Shown here: positions 21,151 to 31,681 of the stretch, piece by piece | Position numbering within the stretch: position 1 is the first letter of the stretch | Layout: each line of letters starts with the position of its first letter | DNA from: an uncultured Gammaproteobacteria bacterium | GTDB lineage: Bacteria; Pseudomonadota; Gammaproteobacteria; JAIEPX01 | Assembly: GCA_964567285.1 (NCBI GenBank) | Contig: CAZMLO010000006.1 | Location: forward strand, 7,259-71,258 | Direction of reading: 5' to 3' | Length of the DNA: 64,000 nt | The notes under the pieces: model-generated | The model's input: only the letters and a program-made list of their open reading frames with translations | What the model was told of the DNA's origin: nothing | Databases searched by the model: none | Made by a program: the position numbers and the translations under genes

Positions 21151-22428
21151 TTAAGCACCTTTAAAACTACCACTACGAGATGTGCGAGTGGGGGTTACAT
21201 GTTCTTTCTGAGAATTCAGTTTGTCTGCTCGTTCCTGCATAACTTTCTGGAATACGGGAGGGGGTCTTTTTGGTGGTGGTGAATTAAGCTTTGAGTCTCG
21301 CGCAGAACTTTTATTATCAGTCTGAGCCTGTGCAGAAACAGATTCTTTTTGTGTTGCAGCAGCTTCTTGACGAGGATTGCTGAGTTGTTCAACGGCATTC
21401 TCAAATGATTGTACAAACTGCTCTTTGGCTTCTTGTATAGTGGAGTTTGACGCTGATTTTTGACGGTTTGTCCCAATTTTAACTCTTTGAGATTCGGGTG
21501 CTGAGACAGCTTGGGACATAGGAGGTAGAATTTTCTCCATGGATTTAATAAAGCCATTTTTTATACTGCCTTTTAGGGCTTGAAAATCGTCTCGAGCGAT
21601 GAATTGCTGATACTCAGACCGTAATTGTTGCTTTTCAGTTTCTGTACCACCCTTAAGGTCTATCTTATTGGCTCGTGTCAATAAATCATCATATTTCGCG
21701 CTCAGCGCGAATGAGAGACGGTTTCCTTCTTCCTGAGTTGCTGAAGTCTTAGATTCGACTTTTACGGTTTTTTGCGGTATTACAGGGCTGGAATCTATGT
21801 TGGCTCTCTTTTGGTTAACTTCCTGTACTTTTTTTGCAAATTCTTGCTCAATATATTTTCTATCTTGTTGTTCTAATTGTTGGTAAGACGGACTTGCCTT
21901 AAAATCATTAAATTTTGCTTCGAGGTTTTTCATATCAGGGGGCGAGACCTTGCCTGAAGCGATTTGATCTGCTGCTTTTAATAGAGTAGCAAAATCTTCA
22001 TTGGCTTGTCTTGCAGCAGCAACTTTTGTGGATTTTTCATGTCTTTCAGATTGTAGATGAGGCGAATTCGTAGTGGAATTCGATTTTGACTGCAGTGCTC
22101 GTTGATTGATGTTGATTTGTGTAAAGAGTTCTGTAATCTTCCCGCGAGCATCTTTTGTTTCATCAAGAAATTTTTGATGATCTTTGGGAGAGAGAGGATC
22201 AGTCACAGCCTCATGGAGTTGTGATATTTTATCCAATTCAGTATGTGCTCGACGTATTTCTGCTGGAGTATTGGGCATATTTTCCCCTGAATGTGCTTCA
22301 ATGGCTTTGTAAGCCGCTTGATTAAAAGCTTCGATAAGTTGATCTAGAGTTTGTTGCCCATTCTTCTTACTAGCAATTTCTGATCTACCTGCCCTACGCA
22401 TAATATACCTCAAAACAGTCAGTCTCAA
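21151..22428 (-). CDS. Hypothetical 425-aa hydrophilic low-complexity (K/Q/S/E-rich) protein, effector-like
   Basis: Long ORF, no TM, compositional bias. The C-terminus is Pro/Ser-rich. Confidence 0.45.
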   Translation of the reverse strand: MRLTVLRYIMRRAGRSEIASKKNGQQTLDQLIEAFNQAAYKAIEAHSGENMPNTPAEIRRAHTELDKISQLHEAVTDPLSPKDHQKFLDETKDARGKITELFTQININQRALQSKSNSTTNSPHLQSERHEKSTKVAAARQANEDFATLLKAADQIASGKVSPPDMKNLEAKFNDFKASPSYQQLEQQDRKYIEQEFAKKVQEVNQKRANIDSSPVIPQKTVKVESKTSATQEEGNRLSFALSAKYDDLLTRANKIDLKGGTETEKQQLRSEYQQFIARDDFQALKGSIKNGFIKSMEKILPPMSQAVSAPESQRVKIGTNRQKSASNSTIQEAKEQFVQSFENAVEQLSNPRQEAAATQKESVSAQAQTDNKSSARDSKLNSPPPKRPPPVFQKVMQERADKLNSQKEHVTPTRTSRSGSFKGA

Positions 22429-22524
22429 ATGTCGATGCTAATATATTGTTATTTCTACTTAGATTATAGCATATTTCGAGTTACAATTAATTTGCGCTTG
22501 TAGTACAAATTGCTGTGTTGGGTG

Positions 22525-25311
22525 CTAACGAATGAAATAGTGGATAGGCAATCGGCTGATTTTATGTTGTACTACAGTAGTTTGAGGAGAGTTACTATTA
22601 TTCGTTTGTAGAGCCGCTTGAAAATTAGCTTCTAGATGCGGCCATAATAATGATAAAAAACTTCCCGAAGCAGGTGAGGATAATGCATTCTCATTTTTTA
22701 TGGGTAGGTTTGCCATTATATGTAGGGCTTTTTTCGCGCGAGTGGCCGCGACATATAATACGCGGGTATTTTCATACTGTGATTTTAGATTTTCTTGAGT
22801 TCTCAGGTACTGATAAATAGGATCGAAACTTTCAGTTGAGGACTTGATAGGTGCTAAAATAAGATCCGTTTCACCGCTGGGGCGGGGGCGTTCCCACCAG
22901 AGTAGTAATTCTTGTTTATCTGTCGATGCACTGCGTTCAAGACGGGGTAATATCACACAATCGAATTCAAGTCCTTTGGCTTTGTGCATGGTCATAATCT
23001 GTACGCGATCTTTGGCTTCAGGATCCACTGAGGCAAAACAATCATTGAGTTGTTTTTCTAGCGAATCAAAATCATAAATAGTGGAAGCAGGAAATGCTTC
23101 TAATAATCTAAAATAACGTTCAGTATTTTGAAAATCGACATTATTTTTGATGCAAAGAGGCCCAGATAACTGTTGCCATGTTGATTGAACCCATTGAGCC
23201 AAAGGTAAACGACCTCGTTGAGCAAGCGCTGTTGCTAAAATGGGTACACTATGTGCTAAGCGGATTTTGGCTTCCTCGGATAATTCAACGATATTTTCAA
23301 AGGTCGTTAACACAGACCATAGCGTTCCTGATTGAGCCGCTTGCGTTAAATACCATAAATCATTGAGTGAAAGACCAGACCAAGGAGCTCGTAAAATCGC
23401 CAGCCATGCGATTCGATCCGCAGGATGGAGCAGGGCACGTGTTAGTGCAAAACAATCTTGAATCACCGCTCTATGCGCTAATCTTTCCATATCATGGGCT
23501 TGATATTTAATATTAGCGGCTTGGAGTACAGGAAAAAGATCAGCCGCATGATCACGCGCTCTGACCAAAATGGCAATACTTGCTTCTGGATTTTCAGACT
23601 GAGCTTCTTGAATAATCGAGAGAATGCATTTTGCCTCAGTTTCAGGCGTCCCGTTAATTAAGGGATGAATCGAGACTAAGCCCTCGTTTGATTGAGAAGC
23701 TGAGTGAGAAAGTGAGTAGCTTACTGCACCAGCACTCATCTCATCTTGAAAAGGAAATATGGACATAAAAGTCTGATTGATCCACTCGATAATCCGAGGT
23801 TCAGAGCGGAAATTAACCTGTAATTGAAGGGATTTTAAAGGAACAGTTCCTAATCCATGCAGCTGAGCACGTAAAAATAAACCGACTTCTGCTTCACGAA
23901 ATCGATAAATGGATTGCATCGGATCGCCGACTAAAAATAGAGTACGGCCATCGTCTGGCTGCCAGCCGGCAGTTAGTTGTTCCAATAAATGAAATTGGGG
24001 CGTGGAAGTATCTTGAAACTCATCAACCAATAAATGCTTAAGTCGATAATCCCAATTCAAAGCAAGTTCAGAAGGGCTATCGTTCAATCCAAGTGCCAGA
24101 CGAGCTCGAGAAGCCACTTCGATAAAATCAACACCCCCTTCTTTGATAAAAACTAATTGCAATTCTGCGGCTAGAATCGGCAATAAAATGACCAAATCAG
24201 CAAGGATTTGCCATTGTTCATCGGTATACTGTGGTGTAGGTAGGTTTTGAATTTCTACTAAACCCTGAAGCAAAGCCGGGTAATTGTTTAATTCCGCCAT
24301 GAGATTTGCCACACGCTCTTTAATGCACTCGCGTTCTGCTCGTTCGCTCGCCATTTTGGTGCCGGATGGTGCTAGAAAACCTTGGGCCACAGTGAATGAT
24401 CGGCGCCACTCTCCACTTTGTGTCAGTAAAAAATTGGCCATTGTTTCCCACAGTGCCTGATCTTCAATTGTTGTTCCTGGGAATTCATCAATACTCAGAA
24501 AATTCGCGTAAGGATTTTTTTCGGCATTGGATTGAGAGAGCACGGTTGCTGCTGATTGTAATAGCGATAATAATTCAGTTTGACAGTGCTGTGGAAATTC
24601 TAATTGCACAAATTTCAAACTGTCTGTGATGACATTCTCCAAGCTTTTTTCGAGGATGCTTCGTTTTGAAGAAAGATCGGTTTGAGACAGTAGGTGTTCT
24701 AGCCATTGATCACGGCTTGCCAGCATGTTAGTTAATAATCGTTGCACGGCATACCAATTATTATCGAGGTGCAAAAATAAACGCGTTAAAGCAGACTGCC
24801 AGGGTGTGGAATCAGAGAGTTGTTTGACCAGGGCTCGCGTTGCTTCTTCGTAAGCGAGTCGAGGATTTTTTAGAATCTGAGGTTCAGCGCCCATCTGTGA
24901 TAAAAACGGGGCAGATCGAGCGATATTGGCGCAAAGAGAATCGATAGTTTGTAAACGCAATCGATTGGGATTTTCCAAGAGATGCCAAGTACGACGTGCA
25001 TCGACATCTAAGACAGCGCGTGCCAATTTCCAAGTTGTTTTGGCATGATTTTCGGCGGGCTCAGGATGGTTTTGTGCTGATTCTAATGCGCTGACCAATC
25101 GTTTTCGCATTTCAGCGGCTGCTTTGCGTGTAAAGGTAATGGCAATTATTTGTTCAGGCTCATCGCAGGCATGGGCCAACAACGATAAAATGCGTTGAAT
25201 GAGTAATTCCGTTTTACCCGAGCCTGCCGGCGCTTGAACAATAAATGACTGATTAACGTCGAGCGCTTGTGCGCGTTCATGGGCATCAATGATGGTGTTA
25301 TTCATTTTCAA
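22525..25311 (-). CDS. addA: UvrD/AddA-family helicase subunit of an AddAB-type helicase-nuclease. It has no C-terminal nuclease domain.
   Basis: SF1 motifs are present: AGSGKT, LLVDEFQDT, VGDPMQSIYRFREA, HKAKGLEFD and VLYVAATRAKKAL. The protein ends ~70 aa after motif VI with no PD-(D/E)xK motif. It overlaps the upstream addB-like gene by 14 bp. Confidence 0.8.
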   Translation of the reverse strand: MKMNNTIIDAHERAQALDVNQSFIVQAPAGSGKTELLIQRILSLLAHACDEPEQIIAITFTRKAAAEMRKRLVSALESAQNHPEPAENHAKTTWKLARAVLDVDARRTWHLLENPNRLRLQTIDSLCANIARSAPFLSQMGAEPQILKNPRLAYEEATRALVKQLSDSTPWQSALTRLFLHLDNNWYAVQRLLTNMLASRDQWLEHLLSQTDLSSKRSILEKSLENVITDSLKFVQLEFPQHCQTELLSLLQSAATVLSQSNAEKNPYANFLSIDEFPGTTIEDQALWETMANFLLTQSGEWRRSFTVAQGFLAPSGTKMASERAERECIKERVANLMAELNNYPALLQGLVEIQNLPTPQYTDEQWQILADLVILLPILAAELQLVFIKEGGVDFIEVASRARLALGLNDSPSELALNWDYRLKHLLVDEFQDTSTPQFHLLEQLTAGWQPDDGRTLFLVGDPMQSIYRFREAEVGLFLRAQLHGLGTVPLKSLQLQVNFRSEPRIIEWINQTFMSIFPFQDEMSAGAVSYSLSHSASQSNEGLVSIHPLINGTPETEAKCILSIIQEAQSENPEASIAILVRARDHAADLFPVLQAANIKYQAHDMERLAHRAVIQDCFALTRALLHPADRIAWLAILRAPWSGLSLNDLWYLTQAAQSGTLWSVLTTFENIVELSEEAKIRLAHSVPILATALAQRGRLPLAQWVQSTWQQLSGPLCIKNNVDFQNTERYFRLLEAFPASTIYDFDSLEKQLNDCFASVDPEAKDRVQIMTMHKAKGLEFDCVILPRLERSASTDKQELLLWWERPRPSGETDLILAPIKSSTESFDPIYQYLRTQENLKSQYENTRVLYVAATRAKKALHIMANLPIKNENALSSPASGSFLSLLWPHLEANFQAALQTNNSNSPQTTVVQHKISRLPIHYFIR

Positions 25312-27880
25312 TCAGCTCCAATTCATTGATCCGGCAGAAGGAAGATAAATGACAATAGGCACACGTAGAGGGATAATTTTTAGGGGTGACTCTGGCATCG
25401 CCTGCAGAAAATTGTAGTGCTAATTCTGTTAAGGCAGATTGCCAATTCTCGATAAGAACCGACCACTCTAAGGCAGAGGCCTTAACACCGGGCAGTTGTC
25501 CAGCCTCTGCAGTAAGCCCATTGAATTTAATACTTTGTGCACGGACCTGTGCAAAAGCAAGCCCTCGCACTTGACGAGGATTATTCAAGGCATAGAGCGG
25601 CAATTGTGGTTCCTCCGGGCGTTCGCCAAACCAGGCTGAAGGTGATGGGGAGCCTGTTTTGTAATCGATAATGATTTCAGAGCCATCTTCTAAAATATCA
25701 ATGCGATCGACTTGCAAGGCTAAAGGCAATTCTGCCACAGTTAAATAAACAGGTTTTTCAATCGCACTGACTTTAAAGGGAGAGCGTGTTTTTTCATGCA
25801 TCAACCATTGGAATATCAATTGTTCTAAACGTTTAATTTCCAATTCACGTAGAATTTGATTGAGCGCCTGCGAATTATTTTCGTTATTGAGTTCCTGATT
25901 TTCGTGAACCGTAGTAATAATGCTATTGTTGATGAGCTCCTTTAATTCAGATTCATTCATTCGATGTAATGTGTCGCTATCCCCTACATGACGCCACACC
26001 GTTGCCAAGACGGCATGCACTAAACTGCCTCGTTCTGCTGCGGATAAACCTAATTCTAGGTCCTCAAAAGGTTTAGCGTCTAAGCGAATTTCAGCAAAAG
26101 CCCAGAAGGGGCATTCAGCTTGTCTTTTTAAGATGGTTGCTCCACCTCGAATTTTCTCTTGAGGCTGAATAGCGGGCCCATAATCATCAGACCAGGGTTC
26201 GGTTTGTGGTTGAGCGCGTGGAATGTCGAGTGGGCTGAGTTTAAGATCTGCCACGGTAATTTCTGGATAAGCAAGAATGAGTGGGCTCGGTGATAATTCC
26301 CGATTTTCTTTTTGATCTTGGACTGAGTAACTTGCAATGAGTTCTGTGCAAGACTGTTCAAGGCGATGCAAAATTCGCTTTGAATATTCAAGTTCATGAA
26401 TTGCACTCGAATGTGGCATGGATAATTTGCGTTGCAAATGAATGGGCAGAAATGGATTCGGTGAAGCAGGGCTTGGCCAGGTATCGTCATTCAGATTGCA
26501 TATCCAAAGCTTGTCGCTCTCTACGGCGTTGGCTTCTAAAATTCCAAGAACTTGTATCGGAGCATGGTGGGGTGATTCTGCTTGAAACAATGCCTTTGAA
26601 AGAAAAAATACTAGGCTGTGAAGCGCTTCTCCCAGAGACTGTTTTTGCAAAAGCCAATCGCAATGAGCCATTATTTTAAGCTGGTCCCAAAAAGCATTAA
26701 TCAGTTGAGATTCTGCGCTCGATACTGTTTTTTCACCGGGCCATCCAGAGAGTGTTAATATGTCAGAGAAAAATTTTGACCAAGCTGAAGATGAATTGAA
26801 TTCTGATTGTTCTGCGTATAATGAATGAGCTTGACTCAAAATCTTGAGCAGTAATGGGCAATTTTCATTTTTCCCAAGATGTTTAATTAAATCAGCGATG
26901 CTCATCGATTCTTGTTGGATTTGCCGGCATTGGCGATCTAAAAGTGCACGCTCTTGATATTCTAAATCACCTCCCGAGAAAAAAGGGGATAATAATAGGC
27001 TCGTGATTTGAGATCGTGATAAAAATTGACCGCTGATAAACTGAATGAAGGTCAATCCCAGCTGAATCATTGGATAAGAGAGTAGGGGGTAGCCTCCTGC
27101 AATATTCACAGCGTCTTCATAATCTTGAGAAAGTTCTTCTTGGAAAATGCGCTCAATCGTTCGACGAACGGATAGAAGCTCGGGAACAACGCAGGTGATC
27201 TTTTGTCTGGGATTTTGTTGCCAAGATTCTTTAGCCCAACGTGCCATGATTCGATATTCTGTTTCTTGATCTGTTAAGCTTAAGCGTTGTTGCGTTGAGT
27301 TGTTGCAAAACTCCGTCGGAAAAATAATCTCTGTTCTGGTAGAAAGGGCATTAAAAAAGTCACGGGCTGCAGGCGTTAAACTATCAAAACCGAGTACGAT
27401 TATTTTTTTCGGAAGTGTGCCTGACGATGCTAGTAAATAGGGCAGACAGTTTTCGAAGATTTGTGCGTTATCAGACCACGCATTTTGTTCAAGCTGATTT
27501 TTATAGAGACGTGCCCATCGAAGAAAGGCCTGGACATCTTCAGAGCTATCGGCGCTAAGCTGATCAAGTGGAACTTTCCAATCACAAAGAAGCTGCCAGG
27601 CCTGTTGCGCCAATTCCGCTGCTCGGCGGATATCCAATAAAGGATTGTGTTGGGTATCCGATTGCACGACATTTTGCCAAACTAAGAGACTTTGCTGAGT
27701 ATCGAGTAAAAGCTCGTTTGGATTGCTGAGAAGCCCAATTTCTGTGAGCCACTGTGACAAAGGCTTAATGCTGGGTTTCGAACCGAAATAGGGTTCTAAA
27801 TGGCTTGATAAGCGGCGATTGGCTGTGATAATCAAGTCATCTGAATCAATCTCCTTTAAAATTCCATAGTATTTTTTCAT
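25298..27880 (-). CDS. addB: AddB-type nuclease subunit (PD-(D/E)xK nuclease with a C-terminal Fe-S Cys cluster)
   Basis: RecB-nuclease motif III EIIIDYKTG. The 1+3 Cys arrangement (AECPFW ... CAYCHLSSFC) is typical of AddB. Confidence 0.75.
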   Translation of the reverse strand: MKKYYGILKEIDSDDLIITANRRLSSHLEPYFGSKPSIKPLSQWLTEIGLLSNPNELLLDTQQSLLVWQNVVQSDTQHNPLLDIRRAAELAQQAWQLLCDWKVPLDQLSADSSEDVQAFLRWARLYKNQLEQNAWSDNAQIFENCLPYLLASSGTLPKKIIVLGFDSLTPAARDFFNALSTRTEIIFPTEFCNNSTQQRLSLTDQETEYRIMARWAKESWQQNPRQKITCVVPELLSVRRTIERIFQEELSQDYEDAVNIAGGYPLLSYPMIQLGLTFIQFISGQFLSRSQITSLLLSPFFSGGDLEYQERALLDRQCRQIQQESMSIADLIKHLGKNENCPLLLKILSQAHSLYAEQSEFNSSSAWSKFFSDILTLSGWPGEKTVSSAESQLINAFWDQLKIMAHCDWLLQKQSLGEALHSLVFFLSKALFQAESPHHAPIQVLGILEANAVESDKLWICNLNDDTWPSPASPNPFLPIHLQRKLSMPHSSAIHELEYSKRILHRLEQSCTELIASYSVQDQKENRELSPSPLILAYPEITVADLKLSPLDIPRAQPQTEPWSDDYGPAIQPQEKIRGGATILKRQAECPFWAFAEIRLDAKPFEDLELGLSAAERGSLVHAVLATVWRHVGDSDTLHRMNESELKELINNSIITTVHENQELNNENNSQALNQILRELEIKRLEQLIFQWLMHEKTRSPFKVSAIEKPVYLTVAELPLALQVDRIDILEDGSEIIIDYKTGSPSPSAWFGERPEEPQLPLYALNNPRQVRGLAFAQVRAQSIKFNGLTAEAGQLPGVKASALEWSVLIENWQSALTELALQFSAGDARVTPKNYPSTCAYCHLSSFCRINELELIENE

Positions 27881-28006
27881 TGAGCATCTAAACCCTTAGA
27901 GAGAATTAAACTGCCTATCAAGGCAAAGCTTGCAGGCAGGGGATACCCTAATTTATCATTGGGGTAGAGTGATGTTCAAGCTGATACACTCTGAAGCTAA
28001 GATTCG

Positions 28007-28924
28007 GTGGTGGATTTAGGTGGAGCAAGATCAATGATAAGACCTCCTGAAAAAACAGAAGACAGTATTGCATTGGATGCACTGCTCAAAAGCGCCCCTC
28101 GAATGCTCAGAATGGCAAAGGCAGATCGCGAGGCATTTCTGAAAAAGCAACTTAAAAAGCTTCAATCTGATTTGGAGCGCCATGAATTACTCCAAAAAGC
28201 GGTACAGTACTCAAATTTGCCATTAGTACGAGCATTGCTTTCAGATGGTGCCGATCCTAATAGATCGCTGATACCTGATCCTCCTTTTTTTGATGCTTTG
28301 TTAAAGGGTGCTTTAAAAATAGCAAAGGTGCAGCATACTGAACACCCCAAGTCTGAGGCTTTTTATGTGGCCCGAGAAATTGCTCAACTGCTCTGGATAC
28401 ATAAAGGAATTATGGATTTTTCAGCACCTTGCACGCGTAGTTCAGAATCCATTAAAAGTATTCGTGACAACATAGATCAACAATTTCCCGGTATTTTAGA
28501 TCTGAATCATCCCGCCCTGGGTTTTTGCTATGCAGTGCACTCAGCCCTACAAATTCCAGGGAGACAAGGTGCAGACTGGGGCAGAACACTTTTTTCAAAA
28601 ATGCTTGATAAATTGAATACAAATCGCGCCGAGGTCTTGCGGTTAGTTGCTGAGGAACTCAACCGTGAAGAGCGAAAATACCCTGGCGATCTGCGCGCCC
28701 CCATTTCTTTAATCACTGATCATTTTCACTGTGATTTGCTCCGAGAAATATCTCGTGATCAAACATTAACAGTGTCTTTAGGCATCGATACCACAGAATC
28801 AATCCAATTTGATCATCAACTCAAATCCCGTGAAGCAATCAAGCAGTCTGTTCTCAATAAAATCCAGTCTTACATCATCAATGCTTACGCCATTGTTCGA
28901 GTTGGGGGCTCAGGTCCTCAATAA
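28007..28924 (+). CDS. Hypothetical 305-aa protein with one ankyrin-like repeat (effector-like)
   Basis: ORF. LPLVRALLSDGADPN resembles an ANK repeat. Confidence 0.4.
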   Translation: MVDLGGARSMIRPPEKTEDSIALDALLKSAPRMLRMAKADREAFLKKQLKKLQSDLERHELLQKAVQYSNLPLVRALLSDGADPNRSLIPDPPFFDALLKGALKIAKVQHTEHPKSEAFYVAREIAQLLWIHKGIMDFSAPCTRSSESIKSIRDNIDQQFPGILDLNHPALGFCYAVHSALQIPGRQGADWGRTLFSKMLDKLNTNRAEVLRLVAEELNREERKYPGDLRAPISLITDHFHCDLLREISRDQTLTVSLGIDTTESIQFDHQLKSREAIKQSVLNKIQSYIINAYAIVRVGGSGPQ

Positions 28925-28989
28925 TTATATTTACTTCGGACATGTCTACTAAAATCAGTTGTTTTGTTTGACATGCTCCCTGTACAATC

Positions 28990-31560
28990 ATGCGCAGTTG
29001 CTTAAATAGCTTTAACAAGGAGTGCTACATGAGTCTCTTCTCAAGAGCTTTAGAATATTTGCTCGATGATGATCAGTCTGAGGACAACATAGATGCTTTA
29101 CGAGATTTATTAGATGACAATCCCGACCTTATAGATCAACAAGAAGAGGGTAGCGATAAGACTTTACTGCATTATGCCTGTGAGGAGGGTTTAACCGAGA
29201 TTGCAGAAATGTTGCTTTATGAATTCAACGCGGATCCATTACTGGCTTCCTATAACGACGACGAATTAGCGGATGCTTTACCTATTCATTACGCTGCCTA
29301 TGCAGATCATGCTGACTGCCTTTCATTGTTGCTCAGACATCCTAGAGTGAGAGAGATGATCAATGAGAAAGATGGTTTGGGGTTGACGCCTCTCTTAGAG
29401 GCAATCGTAAACTCATCTACTCAAGTGTTGAGCTTATTATTTCAGCATCAAGCTTGTAAAGTTAATGAGGAAGTTGGATCGGGTGATGTTGGGGCCGACA
29501 GGGCAGTAGTGGACATTCCTGATGAAACAACGCCTCTTTGTGCTCTGATATTGATGGGAAATGAGGAGGGTGCTCTAGAATTACTCAACGCCCGTGATGA
29601 GGTGGATATCTTAGATGGTTTTCCATTGCATCGTGCGGCAAAGTGTGGGATGTCAAAACTGGTAGAAAAATTATTGGAAATAGGTGCTGATCTAAACTTC
29701 AAAGATGATACAGGGATACCGGAATTATTGGAAATAGGTGCTGATCTAAACTTCAAAGATGATACAGGGATACCGGGTCCTTGTTATGAAATTTTATCCG
29801 ATGAGAAAGGAAGACCTGCTCTCTACTATGCTGTCAAAAAAGGGCATTTAGAGGTTGTACAGGTGTTTTATCGATATGCCAAAAATCATGACAGGTATAT
29901 GGGTGAAAATTTTCGAGAAGGCGATGAGCGCATTTCATTGTTACATTTGGCGGTTGAGAACGGCTCGACGAGAATTGCTCACTATCTCATGTGGTTTCCC
30001 AGAATTGATTTTAACGTTATAGATGCCTCAGGATTAACTGCATTTGATTTAGCGGTTAGAGACGAACATACTCAAGAAGTTGCACACTTCAAACATAGAT
30101 TTAATGCTGATCCTAATAGACGACTCCCTTCAATCTCACGCTCTCGAAAAAAATCAAAATTACACGCCGTATTGAGTCGAGATATTGATCCCTTTTCAGC
30201 AACCTTATTGTTAGGTGATGAATCAGAAGAACTGGGTAGTGAACTGACTGAATTTATTTTAAGTCAAGCTCCCAAAGAATCGGAGGATGCTGACGATAAT
30301 AAGCTATTGATAGCCGTAGCGGCTCAACGATCTGATCCTACTTTAGAGGCTTATTTAGGTCATCCTGCACTAAAATCTATAACCATTGAAGCGGCTTTAG
30401 AGGAAGATCAAAAAGACATCGCACCAGAATATCAAGAAAAAATCAGAAAAAAAGCAGCAGCAATAACAAAAGATGAAGCCCATATTTCGGATGCCTCTGA
30501 TAGTTCTGATGATGATTTCTCTCCCGAACCTTCGAAGACGCTGATTCCAGCAGCTATTCAAAGACAGGGTATTAGAGCTCAGCGATTAGTGGCTAATTAT
30601 CGTGGTGAACAGTATGGACAAGGTAAAGAAAAGAAAAATGAGAGACAGAAAAAGCGTGATCGGGATCCTAGTCTCTATGGTCTTCATAGCTCAGCCAGCG
30701 TTGATCTTTTAGAGAAGAAATTTAAGGAAGAAGAGCTGCCTAAAGATGCGGATGATGAAACAAAATTAAATCTGTACGATAAACGAGTCAATCAAGACAT
30801 GAGAAAAATGCAAAAAACAGCTTATTCTGGAAAGGATAATAAAAAAGCTAAAACTGATAGTGATGCCGATTTTCAAAGCTATATCCATCGATATGATGCG
30901 CATCTAGATGAATTTGCCGGTGCAGAGGGTGATGCAGAAAACATGGAACGTCTCAAAAGATATCAGTTTCCATTCACAAAAAATCCGAATCTCTCTTTTT
31001 CAGACACATCTAAAGTGGCGTTAAAGTTTGGGACTGGATTAAATTCTGCCAGTGATAGGACGGTAAACAAGATCAAAGTACGTTCCAACGGGGCAGTTCA
31101 CAATCCCTACATTGGAGAAGTATTTGTTGTTTTGCATACCCCCGACCAGCTACGAGATAATGGCAGTGAGCACGCTCCGACATTATTAAATCAGCAACGT
31201 ATTGGTATAAAACATATGTATAGATTTGCCTATGAACGACGTTTTCAAGGTGGAATCCCAAATGAATCCTGCCTGAAGAAAATCGTTATTAAGATACCCA
31301 GTTTCGATGAGTATTTGCCTCACTATCAAGAAAAATACGGGTTAACGGAGGAAAAATTTCAGTACTACCAGAAAAAATTGACTAAAGCATCTAATCAAGA
31401 AGAAGTTGATGCCGTCATCAAAAATTTTTTGGGATTCCTCCTGAAATATCTTGAACCACAGATAGAACAATTTGCCAATGATACCGCAAATCTTGAACAG
31501 GCGGAGATCGTTTATGACGATTGGGAAGGAGGATTTTCTACTGATCGATATACCTATTGA
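28990..31560 (+). CDS. Ankyrin-repeat protein, 856 aa. N-terminal ANK repeats, a central acidic/Ser-rich region and a C-terminal domain of unknown function.
   Basis: ANK consensus repeats (LLHYACEEGLTEIAEMLL; LHRAAKCGMSKLVEKLLEIGADLNFKDDTGIP; LHLAVENGSTRIAHYL). An internal exact duplication. A putative sigma70 promoter upstream (TTGACA/TACAAT-like). Confidence 0.75.
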   Translation: MRSCLNSFNKECYMSLFSRALEYLLDDDQSEDNIDALRDLLDDNPDLIDQQEEGSDKTLLHYACEEGLTEIAEMLLYEFNADPLLASYNDDELADALPIHYAAYADHADCLSLLLRHPRVREMINEKDGLGLTPLLEAIVNSSTQVLSLLFQHQACKVNEEVGSGDVGADRAVVDIPDETTPLCALILMGNEEGALELLNARDEVDILDGFPLHRAAKCGMSKLVEKLLEIGADLNFKDDTGIPELLEIGADLNFKDDTGIPGPCYEILSDEKGRPALYYAVKKGHLEVVQVFYRYAKNHDRYMGENFREGDERISLLHLAVENGSTRIAHYLMWFPRIDFNVIDASGLTAFDLAVRDEHTQEVAHFKHRFNADPNRRLPSISRSRKKSKLHAVLSRDIDPFSATLLLGDESEELGSELTEFILSQAPKESEDADDNKLLIAVAAQRSDPTLEAYLGHPALKSITIEAALEEDQKDIAPEYQEKIRKKAAAITKDEAHISDASDSSDDDFSPEPSKTLIPAAIQRQGIRAQRLVANYRGEQYGQGKEKKNERQKKRDRDPSLYGLHSSASVDLLEKKFKEEELPKDADDETKLNLYDKRVNQDMRKMQKTAYSGKDNKKAKTDSDADFQSYIHRYDAHLDEFAGAEGDAENMERLKRYQFPFTKNPNLSFSDTSKVALKFGTGLNSASDRTVNKIKVRSNGAVHNPYIGEVFVVLHTPDQLRDNGSEHAPTLLNQQRIGIKHMYRFAYERRFQGGIPNESCLKKIVIKIPSFDEYLPHYQEKYGLTEEKFQYYQKKLTKASNQEEVDAVIKNFLGFLLKYLEPQIEQFANDTANLEQAEIVYDDWEGGFSTDRYTY
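29671..29778 (+). repeat. Exact in-frame 54-bp tandem duplication (2 x LLEIGADLNFKDDTGIP) inside the ankyrin gene
   Basis: Units 29671-29724 and 29725-29778 are identical except for the last 2 nt. Confidence 0.9.
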
Positions 31561-31681
31561 ATAAATGGGAAAGGGTGTGCAGGGGATAAAAAATTTTTCG
31601 CCTTCAAGAGCGAGCATATTAAGAGAACATACAGCCCTTCTGAGTTGACCGTAGTCCCCACCAGCGATACCATAGTCATTT

